DNA of 64,000 nucleotides, taken from assembly GCA_965204535.1 (NCBI GenBank), contig CBDBEV010000001.1, positions 2,848,001-2,912,000 of the forward strand, read 5' to 3'. Made by a program: the position numbers and the translations under genes. The notes below the pieces were generated by a model. It worked only from the letters and a program-made list of their open reading frames with translations. It was not told where the DNA came from and made no database searches. Positions 39,378 through 48,526 of this stretch are shown here, piece by piece; position 1 is the first letter of the stretch; every line of letters begins with the position of its first letter. Source of the stretch: a bacterium (GTDB taxonomy: Bacteria > UBA8248).

Positions 39378-40838
39378 ATGACGGACAAACCAATCGAAAT
39401 CACCATGGTGGCGAGCGAGATGTTCCCCTTCGCCAAATCGGGCGGGCTGGGCGACGTCATCGGTGCGCTGCCTTCGGCCCTGGCGAGGTTGGGCCACAAG
39501 GTCTGCGTCTACCTGCCCGCGTACCGTGCTGCTCTCAATGAATATGACCCCGGTTCTCCCGCGCAGGTCGCAGACGTCTTCGCCGAGGCGCGCTGCGAGG
39601 TGTTCTCGCTCGAACACGAGGGGGTTTCGGTCAGACTCGTCGCCGCGGATGATCTGTTCGATCGGGATGGATTCTACGGAGACGCGCGCGGAGCGTTTCC
39701 CGACAACGCGGAGCGCTTCGCCCGTTTCGCCAGAGGCGCGCTCTCCCACATGGAGAGCGAAAAAGCGTATCCGTTCATCATCCACTGCCATGACTGGCAA
39801 AGCGCCCTGATCCCGCCCTTGCTGCAGTATCGCCGCGCTGACGAAACGAAATGGCGCGGGGTCTCCAGTGTTTTCACGGTTCACAACCTGGCGTACCAGG
39901 GCCGCTTCCACCGGGATGATTTCGCGCACACTTGTCTGCCCGATGAAATGATGGGCATGGAGGGGCTTGAGTTTCACGGCGACATCAACTTCATGAAGGG
40001 CGGCATCCTGTTCAGCGGAGCGGTCTCCACCGTGAGCGAGCGTTATGCGCAGGAGATGCTGACGGAAGAGCAGGGAGAAGGGCTCGAAGGAGTGGTCGCT
40101 CTCAGAAGGGATTCTTTGTTCGGCATCATGAACGGCATCGACGATGTGGTCTGGAATCCCGAAAGCGACCCCCACGTTCCGGCGCCGTTCTCGATCGCGC
40201 GCCCGGAGGGCAAGGCGAAGTGCAAGGCGGCGCTTCAGGAGGAATTGAGGCTGGACGCAGGCGCGGAGGGGCCTTTGTGCGTCGTCGTCTCGCGGCTGGC
40301 GCATCAGAAGGGAATCGACCTGATCCTCGAAACGATGGATGAATGGATGAAGCTGGGCGTAAGCCTGGCCGTTCTGGGAACCGGCGAGGAGGCGTTGGAA
40401 GGTGGCCTCGCCGAAGCCGCTTCGACCCATCCGGGCCGGGTGGCCTTCGTGCCCGCCTATGACGAGGCGCTCTCCCACCGCATGTACGCAGGCGGCGACG
40501 TCCTGCTCATGCCCTCACGCTATGAGCCTTCGGGCCTGAACCAGCTGTACGCCATGCGCTACGGCGCCCTTCCTTACGTGCGGCGGGTCGGCGGACTTGC
40601 GGACTCGGTGATTTCATCCCCAACCCCCGAAGCGGACTCGGACACCGGCTTCCATTTCGACGCGTTCGCCCCGGCCGATTTCCTCACCGGGATGGAGAGG
40701 ATTTGCCGGGTGTTTTTGGATCAGGGCCTTTGGCGTATGATGATGCGCAACGCGATGGAGAAGGACTCCGGTTGGGACGGCGTCGCGCCCCGCTACGTCG
40801 GTTTGTACGAAAAGGCGATGCGCCCGCAGCCGCGTTGA
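39378..40838 (+). CDS. glgA: Glycogen synthase
   Basis: KSGGLGDV, HCHDWQ, TVHNLAYQG, SRLAHQKG, MPSRYEPSGL; start may be 39357. Confidence 0.95.
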   Translation: MTDKPIEITMVASEMFPFAKSGGLGDVIGALPSALARLGHKVCVYLPAYRAALNEYDPGSPAQVADVFAEARCEVFSLEHEGVSVRLVAADDLFDRDGFYGDARGAFPDNAERFARFARGALSHMESEKAYPFIIHCHDWQSALIPPLLQYRRADETKWRGVSSVFTVHNLAYQGRFHRDDFAHTCLPDEMMGMEGLEFHGDINFMKGGILFSGAVSTVSERYAQEMLTEEQGEGLEGVVALRRDSLFGIMNGIDDVVWNPESDPHVPAPFSIARPEGKAKCKAALQEELRLDAGAEGPLCVVVSRLAHQKGIDLILETMDEWMKLGVSLAVLGTGEEALEGGLAEAASTHPGRVAFVPAYDEALSHRMYAGGDVLLMPSRYEPSGLNQLYAMRYGALPYVRRVGGLADSVISSPTPEADSDTGFHFDAFAPADFLTGMERICRVFLDQGLWRMMMRNAMEKDSGWDGVAPRYVGLYEKAMRPQPR

Positions 40839-40864
40839 GACGAATCGAACAGAGGAGCCGGATA

Positions 40865-42094
40865 TTGGATTCGCGCGATCCCAGAGTCATATCTTTCGTC
40901 ATGGCGGGCGGCGCCGGAAACAGGCTCCACCCCCTCACGGTCGCGCGCGGCAAGCCGGCCGTGCCGTTCGGTTCGAAATACCGCATCATCGACTTCGTGC
41001 TGAGCAACCTGGTGAACTCGGGCTATCAGTCCATCTACGTGCTGGTGCAGTACCTGGCGCAATCGCTGATCGAGCATTTGAGGCGCTCGTGGAACATCAG
41101 CGGAACGCTCGGCAAGAATTTCGTGACGGCCGTTCCGCCCCAGCAGCGCGCAGGCGAGTTCTGGTTCAAGGGCACGGCCGATTCCATCCATCAGAACAGA
41201 AACCTGGTGACCGACAATGCGCCCGACATCGTGCTGGTGTTCGGGGCGGACCACATCTACCGCATGGACGTGAGCCAGATGGTTCGCTTTCACCTCGAAA
41301 GCGGGGCGGACGCGACGATATCGGCCCTGCCCGCGCCGGTCGAAGACGCCCGGGAATTCGGCGTGCTGGCCGTGGACGAGGAGGGACGGGTGGAGCGTTT
41401 TGACGAAAAGCCCTCCCGCCCCCGCCCCATGCCGGGCGACCCCTCGCGCGCGCTGTGCTCGATGGGAAATTACGTGTTTTCCTCCCAGGTGCTGATGGAT
41501 GCGCTCATCAGCGATGCGGCGCGTGAGGGGGAGCACGACTTCGGGCGAACGATCATCCCCGCTCTTCTCGGCGAGCGTAAAAAACTCTACGCCTACGATT
41601 TCATGAAAAACGAGATTCCGGGGGTTCGGCCCACCGAGGAAAGAGGCTACTGGCGCGACGTGGGCACCATCAAGAGCTACTGGGAGACGCAGATGGACCT
41701 TTTGGGGGAGACGCCGCTCCTTGACTTGAGCAACCCCGACTGGCCGATTCACACCAGCGCCTATCCGGGGCCGGGCAGCCGCATCGTGTCCACGCAGGTG
41801 GAAGACGCCTTGATCGGAGAGGGGTGCCAGATTGTGGGGGCGCGGATCGAGCGCTCCGTCATCGGCCGCGGCGTGGTAATCGAAAAAGGGGCGGAGATCG
41901 TCGATTCCATCGTCATGGACCACACCCACATCGGGGCGGGGGCGCATCTGCAAAAAGCGATTGTCGACAGGTTCAACCAGATAGAAGCGGGCGCTTCGGT
42001 GGCGATTGAAAGGGCCGATTCCTTCCCTGGCGCCGTCTCCGACCCTTCCGGCATCATCGTCCTGCCGCGCGGGTTCACCCGGCCCGTCATTTGA
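40865..42094 (+). CDS. glgC: Glucose-1-phosphate adenylyltransferase
   Basis: AGGAGNRL, KPAVPFG, GTAD, DHIYRMD, SMGNY, YWRDVGT; TTG start after GAGGAG. Confidence 0.95.
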   Translation: MDSRDPRVISFVMAGGAGNRLHPLTVARGKPAVPFGSKYRIIDFVLSNLVNSGYQSIYVLVQYLAQSLIEHLRRSWNISGTLGKNFVTAVPPQQRAGEFWFKGTADSIHQNRNLVTDNAPDIVLVFGADHIYRMDVSQMVRFHLESGADATISALPAPVEDAREFGVLAVDEEGRVERFDEKPSRPRPMPGDPSRALCSMGNYVFSSQVLMDALISDAAREGEHDFGRTIIPALLGERKKLYAYDFMKNEIPGVRPTEERGYWRDVGTIKSYWETQMDLLGETPLLDLSNPDWPIHTSAYPGPGSRIVSTQVEDALIGEGCQIVGARIERSVIGRGVVIEKGAEIVDSIVMDHTHIGAGAHLQKAIVDRFNQIEAGASVAIERADSFPGAVSDPSGIIVLPRGFTRPVI

Positions 42095-42099
42095 AATCC

Positions 42100-43593
42100 A
42101 TGGATATATCGGAAATCAGAATCCGCGCCGAGGCTTTTCTCGGCGAATCGCGAAAAGAGTGGTACGAGGTCGGCGCCGGTCTCAAGGAAGAAGTGCGACT
42201 GAGCGAGATTTTCGCCGAATACGCCGATCTTTTCACGCGCGAGAACGTCGAGGCGTTCGCTTCCCTCGCCGGACCGGAGGAAGATGCGGCCGAAGCCCTG
42301 AAATTGGCCGAGTTGCGCGGGTTTCTGACCCTGGGCCACATACGCGACGCGACGAGGGAGTTGAGCGAGCAGGCGCTTCTCTTCGAAACCAAAACCACCG
42401 TGAAAACGTCCGAGGGCGAATCCATCCCCTACCGGCAAAGCGCCGTCGCGCTCCTGAACGAATCGGAGCGTGAGAAGCGGCGTTTTCTGGAAAACGCCCG
42501 CTGTGATGCCCTGGCGGAGAAGAACGAATTTTTACGGCAAATTCATCGCACGACCCATGAAATGGCCGATGATTTGGGGTTCGAGGGCTATCTGGGCATG
42601 ATGGCGGCGCTCAAACGCTACCCGCTTGAGCCTGTTCGTGAGGAGATGGCGCGGTTTTTAGGGCGCACCGAAGCGCTTTACGCCGAGGCGATGGGAGAGG
42701 AACTGAGCCAGGCGGGGGTTCCTCCGGCGTCCGCGCAGCGACACGATGCGCAGTACTGTTTTCGGGGTGCGGAGTATGACGCTCTTTTCCCGGCGGAGAA
42801 GATCGAAACTTCTGCGCGGGAGATTTGCGCGTCGATGGGCCTCGATCTCTCGGCGGCGGGCAGGGTGCGCCTCGACATCGAGGACCGCCCCTTGAAGAGC
42901 CCCCGCGCGTTTTGCGCTTCCCTGCGCGTGCCGGATGAAGTCTATCTCGTCATCAGGCCCCGGGGCGGTTATGACGATTACCGCGCGTTCTGGCACGAAC
43001 TCGGCCACGCGCTTCATTTCGCGGGCGTGGCGGCGGACGCGCCTTTCGAGTGGAAGCGCCTGGGGGACAACTCCGTGACGGAGGGGTTCGCCATGCTCTT
43101 CGATCATCTGCTCTTCGAACCGCTCTGGCTGGAAGACGCCCTGGGCGGGGAGGCGTCGGACTACGCGGCGTTTCTGGCGCATCACGCGCTTTTCGAACTC
43201 TACATGCTCAGGCGCTACGCGGCGAAAATCGACTATGAACTCACGCTTCACCAGGGCGCAGGTCTGGAAGGCAAGGACGCCGCTTACCGGGAGAAGCTGA
43301 GCGCGGCGACGGGGGTGGAATACCCTGGCGTCTCCTATCTCGACGACGTGGACCCGTTTTTCTACTGCGCGAATTATCTGAGGGCGTGGATGCTACAGGC
43401 GCAGATGTCGGAAATTCTCAAGACGAAGTTCGGCAAGCGGTGGTGGGCCAACCAAAAGAGCGGCGGTTTCCTGGCGGAAATCTGGCGCGACGGCCAGCGC
43501 CACGACGGCGACTCCCTCTCCCGCCACTTGGGCTACGAGAAACTCACCACCGAACCGCTCGAGGCGCAGATCAGGAATCTCATGCCGCGCTAG
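42100..43593 (+). CDS. Zincin metallopeptidase-like protein (M3/M32-related)
   Basis: HELGHALH, downstream TEGFA, KSPRAFC. Confidence 0.65.
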   Translation: MDISEIRIRAEAFLGESRKEWYEVGAGLKEEVRLSEIFAEYADLFTRENVEAFASLAGPEEDAAEALKLAELRGFLTLGHIRDATRELSEQALLFETKTTVKTSEGESIPYRQSAVALLNESEREKRRFLENARCDALAEKNEFLRQIHRTTHEMADDLGFEGYLGMMAALKRYPLEPVREEMARFLGRTEALYAEAMGEELSQAGVPPASAQRHDAQYCFRGAEYDALFPAEKIETSAREICASMGLDLSAAGRVRLDIEDRPLKSPRAFCASLRVPDEVYLVIRPRGGYDDYRAFWHELGHALHFAGVAADAPFEWKRLGDNSVTEGFAMLFDHLLFEPLWLEDALGGEASDYAAFLAHHALFELYMLRRYAAKIDYELTLHQGAGLEGKDAAYREKLSAATGVEYPGVSYLDDVDPFFYCANYLRAWMLQAQMSEILKTKFGKRWWANQKSGGFLAEIWRDGQRHDGDSLSRHLGYEKLTTEPLEAQIRNLMPR

Positions 43594-43615
43594 CGGGAAT
43601 GCGAACTACCCCTAC

Positions 43616-43799
43616 GGAGGCTGTTGAGAAGGCCCGCCTCGCTTGGAATTCATCCCCTGAGGATTTGGCGCGACCGTGGAGGGGGCGGTTTTTGTAGGGG
43701 ACGCATATATGCGTCCCTGCGTTTTCGACGTCGAAACACGGGCCGCATACTATGCGGCCCCTACAATTTGCCGGCATTGCAGGGTTTTTCAACAACTCC
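43616..43799. mobile_element. MITE with IS1182-type ends carrying a REP doublet
   Basis: GGAGGCTGTTGAGAA ... CAGGGTTTTTCAACAACTCC; CTAC direct repeat on both sides; REP arms at 43694-43717 and 43740-43764. Confidence 0.75.
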
Positions 43800-43833
43800 C
43801 TACAGGAGCGATCGCGCTTCATCCGCCCGGGCC

Positions 43834-44892
43834 TTAAAGCGTGACGGGCTGGCCCTCCTTGCACGAACGGTCCGCCGCCATGGTGAGGGCGAGCACCTCT
43901 CTCGCGTGCGCGCCCGTGGCGAGTCCCACCCCGCCGATTCCCAGGATGTGGCGCACGAAGGCGTCGGTTTCCTCCTTCATGGGGCCGAAGAACTCGCCCA
44001 TCACGAAGTCCCCCGGCATGGCGGAACCCAGGAAGGCGACGTTCACCTGGTGTTCGGGCGTGTAGGGGCAGGGAATCGGGTCCTCGGGCGCGAGGATGAC
44101 GTCCCGGTGGGCGTCGTCCACGTTCAGCGAGCCTTTCGTGCCTTGGAGGTCGATCTCCATCGTCGCCGTATAGGCGGGCCAGTGGTGGGGCGGGAGCCAG
44201 CTCGTGCCCAGCGTGGCCACGCTCCCGTCGTCGAAGGTGACGATCATCCACTGGAAATCGTCGCGGTTGTATTTCTTGAACACGAAGCTCGCCGCGCGGG
44301 CGTAGACCTCGACGGGCTTTTTCCCCTCCATGTACCATAGGATGAGGTCGACCATGTAGGTGAGGGTGTTGATGGAGGGCGTGGTGTTGGGCGAGCGCCT
44401 CGCCACCGCCTCGCCCACCGCGCGGGTGACGTAGATCTTGCCGAGCGCCATCACGATGTCGCCGAGTTGTCCGGCGAAGGCCGCCTGCTTGGCGAGCAGA
44501 AAGCGCCTCCTGTAGCGCTGGGTGTAGCCCACGAAAATCTCGGCGCCCGACTCATCGGCCTTCGCCAGAATGTCGTCCGCCTCGTCCAGGTCCAAGACGA
44601 AGGGTTTTTCGATGAGCACGGGTTTTCCGAGTTTGGCCGCCAGGGCGGCGGGGCCGTGGTGGTACTCCTCGTCCGAGGAGACGATGACGGCGCCCACGCG
44701 CTCGTCCCGAATCGCCACCTCGTATTTTTCCGTCGCCACGTCGGCCCGCACCGACTCCGCGAGGCGGTCGAGCTTCTCGGGCACGATGTCGCACACGGCG
44801 AGGTAGTCCACCTGGGGGATTTGCGCGCAAGAATGCGCCCTGAGCGTTCCGATGCCGCCCGCGCCGATGACGGCTACTCCTGTCGTTTTCAC
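43834..44892 (-). CDS. Gfo/Idh/MocA family oxidoreductase
   Basis: VAVIGAGGIG, LIEKP, VGYTQRY; GTG start after GAGGAG. Confidence 0.9.
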   Translation of the reverse strand: MKTTGVAVIGAGGIGTLRAHSCAQIPQVDYLAVCDIVPEKLDRLAESVRADVATEKYEVAIRDERVGAVIVSSDEEYHHGPAALAAKLGKPVLIEKPFVLDLDEADDILAKADESGAEIFVGYTQRYRRRFLLAKQAAFAGQLGDIVMALGKIYVTRAVGEAVARRSPNTTPSINTLTYMVDLILWYMEGKKPVEVYARAASFVFKKYNRDDFQWMIVTFDDGSVATLGTSWLPPHHWPAYTATMEIDLQGTKGSLNVDDAHRDVILAPEDPIPCPYTPEHQVNVAFLGSAMPGDFVMGEFFGPMKEETDAFVRHILGIGGVGLATGAHAREVLALTMAADRSCKEGQPVTL

Positions 44893-44988
44893 AATCGTCT
44901 CCTCACTTGAATTTGCATCCGGTTCATTCTGGGGGAATAATCCCCTCTGTCCAATATCAAGGTTCCCGTCATATATCTGGAGAATTCC

Positions 44989-45966
44989 ATGCGCATCGAT
45001 GTTCAGACCCATCATGTACCACAAGCCTACGTCAAAGCGCTCGCCGCCCGCTCCGATTTTCCGCACTACGAGAAGGCGGAGGATTTCTGGTGGGCGTGGG
45101 CGAGCCCGGATGAAAAGCTCCCGATGCGTTCTCCCGCGCTGGACATCTCCATCAAGCTCGCCGAAATGGATGAGCAGGAAATCGATATTGCCCTAATCAG
45201 CATGAACATTCCAGGCCCGGACCTCGCCAGAAGCCCCGGGGACGCGGACGAGCTCGCGCGAATCGGGAACGACGGGCTGGCCGAGGCGGCGGCGCTTCAC
45301 CCGGGGCGGTTTCGCGGCTTGGCCTCACTCGGCTTCGGGGATATGGACGCGACCTGCCGCGAGCTGCAGCGCTGCGTGGACGATCTTGGTTTCGTGGGCC
45401 TGCAGGTGTTCTCCTACATCGGCGGCAGGCGCTACATCGACGACGCGGCCTATGAGCCCTTGTGGGGGCTATTGGCCGAGCGCGGCGTTCCGCTCGTGCT
45501 GCATCCGGGGCCTTCTCCCTCCGGGCCGCAGTACAAGGATCACTGGCTGGGGCCGATGATCGGCTTCATGTTCGATGAGTGCCTGGCGGCGCTGCGGCTC
45601 ATCCTGAGCGGCGTGCTGGAGCGCCACCCGAACCTCAAGGTGCTCCTGCCGCACGGGGGCGCGTCGCTCCCGCTGTTCATCGGGCGGGTGGACAACCTGA
45701 GTTCGCGCTACCGTGAGGATCAGGACCTCATCACACGCGACCCGAGCGAATACTTCGCGCGCTTCCACACGGACACGGTGGTTCACTCCCAGACGGCGCT
45801 CGAATTTTCTCTCAAGGAGATGGGCGCATCGCGCATGATGTTCGCGAGCGACGCCCCCTGGGTGCCCGTGAAGCGCCACGCCGACATGATGGACGCGCTG
45901 GATATTTCTGCGGAAGACGCGGAACGAATCTGGAGCGGCACGGCGAAAGCGTTTTTCGGTTTGTAG
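44989..45966 (+). CDS. Amidohydrolase 2 family (ACMSD-like) protein
   Basis: IDVQTH, VLHP, HGG, MFASDAP. Confidence 0.88.
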   Translation: MRIDVQTHHVPQAYVKALAARSDFPHYEKAEDFWWAWASPDEKLPMRSPALDISIKLAEMDEQEIDIALISMNIPGPDLARSPGDADELARIGNDGLAEAAALHPGRFRGLASLGFGDMDATCRELQRCVDDLGFVGLQVFSYIGGRRYIDDAAYEPLWGLLAERGVPLVLHPGPSPSGPQYKDHWLGPMIGFMFDECLAALRLILSGVLERHPNLKVLLPHGGASLPLFIGRVDNLSSRYREDQDLITRDPSEYFARFHTDTVVHSQTALEFSLKEMGASRMMFASDAPWVPVKRHADMMDALDISAEDAERIWSGTAKAFFGL

Positions 45967-45976
45967 AGCGCTGGTT

Positions 45977-46432
45977 TTATGTGTCGCTTCTGAGCAGCAT
46001 GCGCTTAACATCGTATTCGAGCACCACCTCGCCGTTCTGGTTGCGCACCCTCTGGTGTGTTGCGACGACGCCGCGATCGGGCCTGCTTTTGGAGGGGCGC
46101 ACGTCGGTCGTCTCGACTTCCACCGTGAGCGTATCGCCCACGTAGACAGGCGCGCGCGCCACGAGGCCGTCCACGCCCAAAAGCGCTATCGCGTAATCGT
46201 GCAAAACGCCCGTCTGGACGATGAGGGTATCCGCGATGCCGCAGGTGAAAAGAGCCGGGGCCATGCGCCTTTCGTGGCCTTTCCCCCTCAAGAACTCCAT
46301 GTCGAGGAACAGGCTTTCCGTATAGCCCACGAGGTTGACGTAGTTCACCACGTCGGTCTCGGTGATGGTCCTGCCCCGGGTGGTGAATTTGCTCCCGACT
46401 TCCCATTTTTCGAACGCGACGCCTTCGCTCAT
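45977..46432 (-). CDS. MaoC family dehydratase
   Basis: GRTITETD, PVYVGDTL, SKSRPDRGVV, NQNGEVV. Confidence 0.88.
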   Translation of the reverse strand: MSEGVAFEKWEVGSKFTTRGRTITETDVVNYVNLVGYTESLFLDMEFLRGKGHERRMAPALFTCGIADTLIVQTGVLHDYAIALLGVDGLVARAPVYVGDTLTVEVETTDVRPSKSRPDRGVVATHQRVRNQNGEVVLEYDVKRMLLRSDT

Positions 46433-46585
46433 GAAACCTGAAACCTCCCGAATAGTTGTGTGATTCCGCGGGAGGCGATTCTACAGGCGGGCGCGTAAAT
46501 CTTCAAAGTTCGCGCGCTCGATAGTGCCTCACTTATAAAATAGGAACATCGCAAAGGCGGGATATGAAACTGGCGGGTTCCGGTC

Positions 46586-46813
46586 TCAGCCTCCGGTGCG
46601 CTCGATGAGCACTTTCTGCCCTTCGATGAGCGCCTTGAGCGCAGACATGTTCTCTTCTCTGCTAGTCCTGATCTCTTCCATATTCTCCATGTGCCGCCGA
46701 ATGCTTTCCTGTTCCCTGCGTTCGGTCCCTTTTCTCATGGAGTGAATGCCGTAGAAAATCAGCCCAAGACCGATGTACTGCCCGAAGATGCTGAACATTT
46801 CATAGGAAGTCAT
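46586..46813 (-). CDS. Small membrane-anchored coiled-coil protein (distant paralog of 21179/21521)
   Basis: AAAGGAGA RBS; GLIFYGIHSMR...RHMENM...ENMSALKALI...LIERTGG. Confidence 0.65.
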   Translation of the reverse strand: MTSYEMFSIFGQYIGLGLIFYGIHSMRKGTERREQESIRRHMENMEEIRTSREENMSALKALIEGQKVLIERTGG

Positions 46814-47198
46814 GGTATCTCCTTTCCATAGGCGTCTTCTATTCTCCGTTAAATTTTCAAGAAGCGTCAAGGCCTCTCTTGAATATATCTGATTGATAGA
46901 ACCATTTTGCCATTGCATCATTCTCCCGCCAAATATCTGCATGTGGTCCCGTAAGTCGGGTCTCCCGCTGAATACAAAACCGCTCCTGCGGGAATAAGCA
47001 GGACCTCACATCAACGTGCGGATGTTTGGCGACCGACCCGGCTTCGCTGAGAGGCGCTTTGTGATGAAACAGGGTAATCATTAAAATATCAATAAGTTAG
47101 GTGAGATGGAACCCGGCGGCGTCGAATAGTATAATAAGCAGGTCGCTGGTTCACGTCTTTTCCCGGCAAACGGGTAAAGCTACAGGGGAGACGGACAG

Positions 47199-47939
47199 AT
47201 GAAGCGCTATGGGGTCATCATTGCATTGAGTGCTTTGGCGGTTGTTTTTCTGATCAATTCTGCGGCGGCGGATGACCGTCGAGGCAGGCGCCACGGAATC
47301 AAGCGGCACCATAAATACAAATCGCACCGGCACCACAGAGCGCATCAGCATCGCAAATGGCATCGCCATCATCGCCGTCCCCGCGTCATCGTTCGCCATA
47401 ATTTCTGGTACGGCTATCCTGCCTGGTATGGCTATCCGGTCTGGACCGGCCCGCGCGTCATTTATCGCCCCTACCCGCGTGAGCGCTACGTCTATCATTC
47501 GACGGGCGATGATTGCGCGGTCTATTACACGAACAACGACAACGAGGTTCTCGGCTCGGTCATCGGCGCGATCGGCGGCGGCGTCATCGGGCATCAACTC
47601 GGCAAGGGAAGCGGTCACGGACTGGCCACCTTCGCGGGCGTGCTTCTCGGCAGCGTGGTGGGCGGGCAGATCGGGCGCGACCTGGACGAGGCCGAGCGGC
47701 TCAGGCTCGCGAGCGCCACGCAGTACGCGCTCGAGAACCAGCGCTCCGGCACGCGCACCGTTTGGGACAACCCCGACAGGCGGGTCTGCGGCGTCGTCGT
47801 TCCCAGGCCGGCCTTCAAGAACGAACTCGACCAGTACTGCCGGGAGTTCCAGCAGACGATCGTCGTAGACGGCAAAAAGCAAAACGCCTACGGCACCGCC
47901 TGCAGGCAGCCCGATGGACAGTGGAAGATCGCCAACTAG
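47199..47939 (+). CDS. Secreted His/Arg-rich glycine-zipper protein with 17-kDa-antigen-like C-terminus
   Basis: Signal peptide; GSVIGAIGGGVIGHQLGKG; YCREFQQTI...AYGTACRQPDGQWKI. Confidence 0.85.
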   Translation: MKRYGVIIALSALAVVFLINSAAADDRRGRRHGIKRHHKYKSHRHHRAHQHRKWHRHHRRPRVIVRHNFWYGYPAWYGYPVWTGPRVIYRPYPRERYVYHSTGDDCAVYYTNNDNEVLGSVIGAIGGGVIGHQLGKGSGHGLATFAGVLLGSVVGGQIGRDLDEAERLRLASATQYALENQRSGTRTVWDNPDRRVCGVVVPRPAFKNELDQYCREFQQTIVVDGKKQNAYGTACRQPDGQWKIAN

Positions 47940-48100
47940 CCCGCTGACGCTTAAGTGGGTTGTTGAATAACCCCTGGATGCGACCCCTGCACAAACCGCC
48001 AACGCCTCTTTCCTCACCCTGAGTAGCCGCCGGAGGCGGCGTATCAAAGGGTGAGAGGAGTTGAACGCCTCGCGCCGGGCGGAGCAATCGCTTCCGCATT

Positions 48101-48411
48101 GGGGCTGTTGAAAAACCCTGGAACACTGGATTTGTCGTATATAACTGACCGACGAGAGAGAAAAATCACTCCCCCCTTGAGGGTCGGGCTTCCCGAGGGG
48201 AAAGCCCGACAGAAGCCGAGCGTTTTTTGCGAAGGCTGATGCGGTGGGGGGTGAAATGCGTTTTATCGCCATTGCGAATTATACCCCCCACCGAATCGCT
48301 TGCGGGCTTACGCCCTTAGCTCTTCGTCTGGCTTTCCCCTCGGGAAGCCCGACCCCCTCAAGGGGGGAGTGAAATCTAGCGCGCTCCTTCTGTGGGTTTT
48401 TCAACAGCCCC
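48101..48411. mobile_element. Inner MITE (311 bp) with perfect IS1182-type TIRs
   Basis: 18-bp perfect TIR GGGGCTGTTGAAAAACCC identical to IS left end; 5-bp direct repeat GCATT at 48096-48100 and 48412-48416. Confidence 0.88.
48166..48372. repeat. Long imperfect inverted repeat inside the inner MITE
   Basis: TCACTCCCCCCTTGAGGG-TCGGGCTTCCCGAGGGGAAAGCC ... GGCTTTCCCCTCGGGAAGCCCGACCCCCTCAAGGGGGGAGTGA. Confidence 0.85.
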
Positions 48412-48526
48412 GCATTAGGCGCGATTGACCTTCGATACGCGACTTCGCCGCTACTCAAGATGAGGCGACGGGGAGACCCTGCGCACCGAATCACGAAATC
48501 AGGGCTTATTCAAGAAATCCCTAAGC

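Larger units (their letters stand above)
47956..48521. mobile_element. Outer, degenerate MITE with IS1182-type ends
   Basis: TGGGTTGTTGAATAACCCCTG ... CAGGGCTTATTCAAGAAATCCC flanked by TAAG on both sides. Confidence 0.6.
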
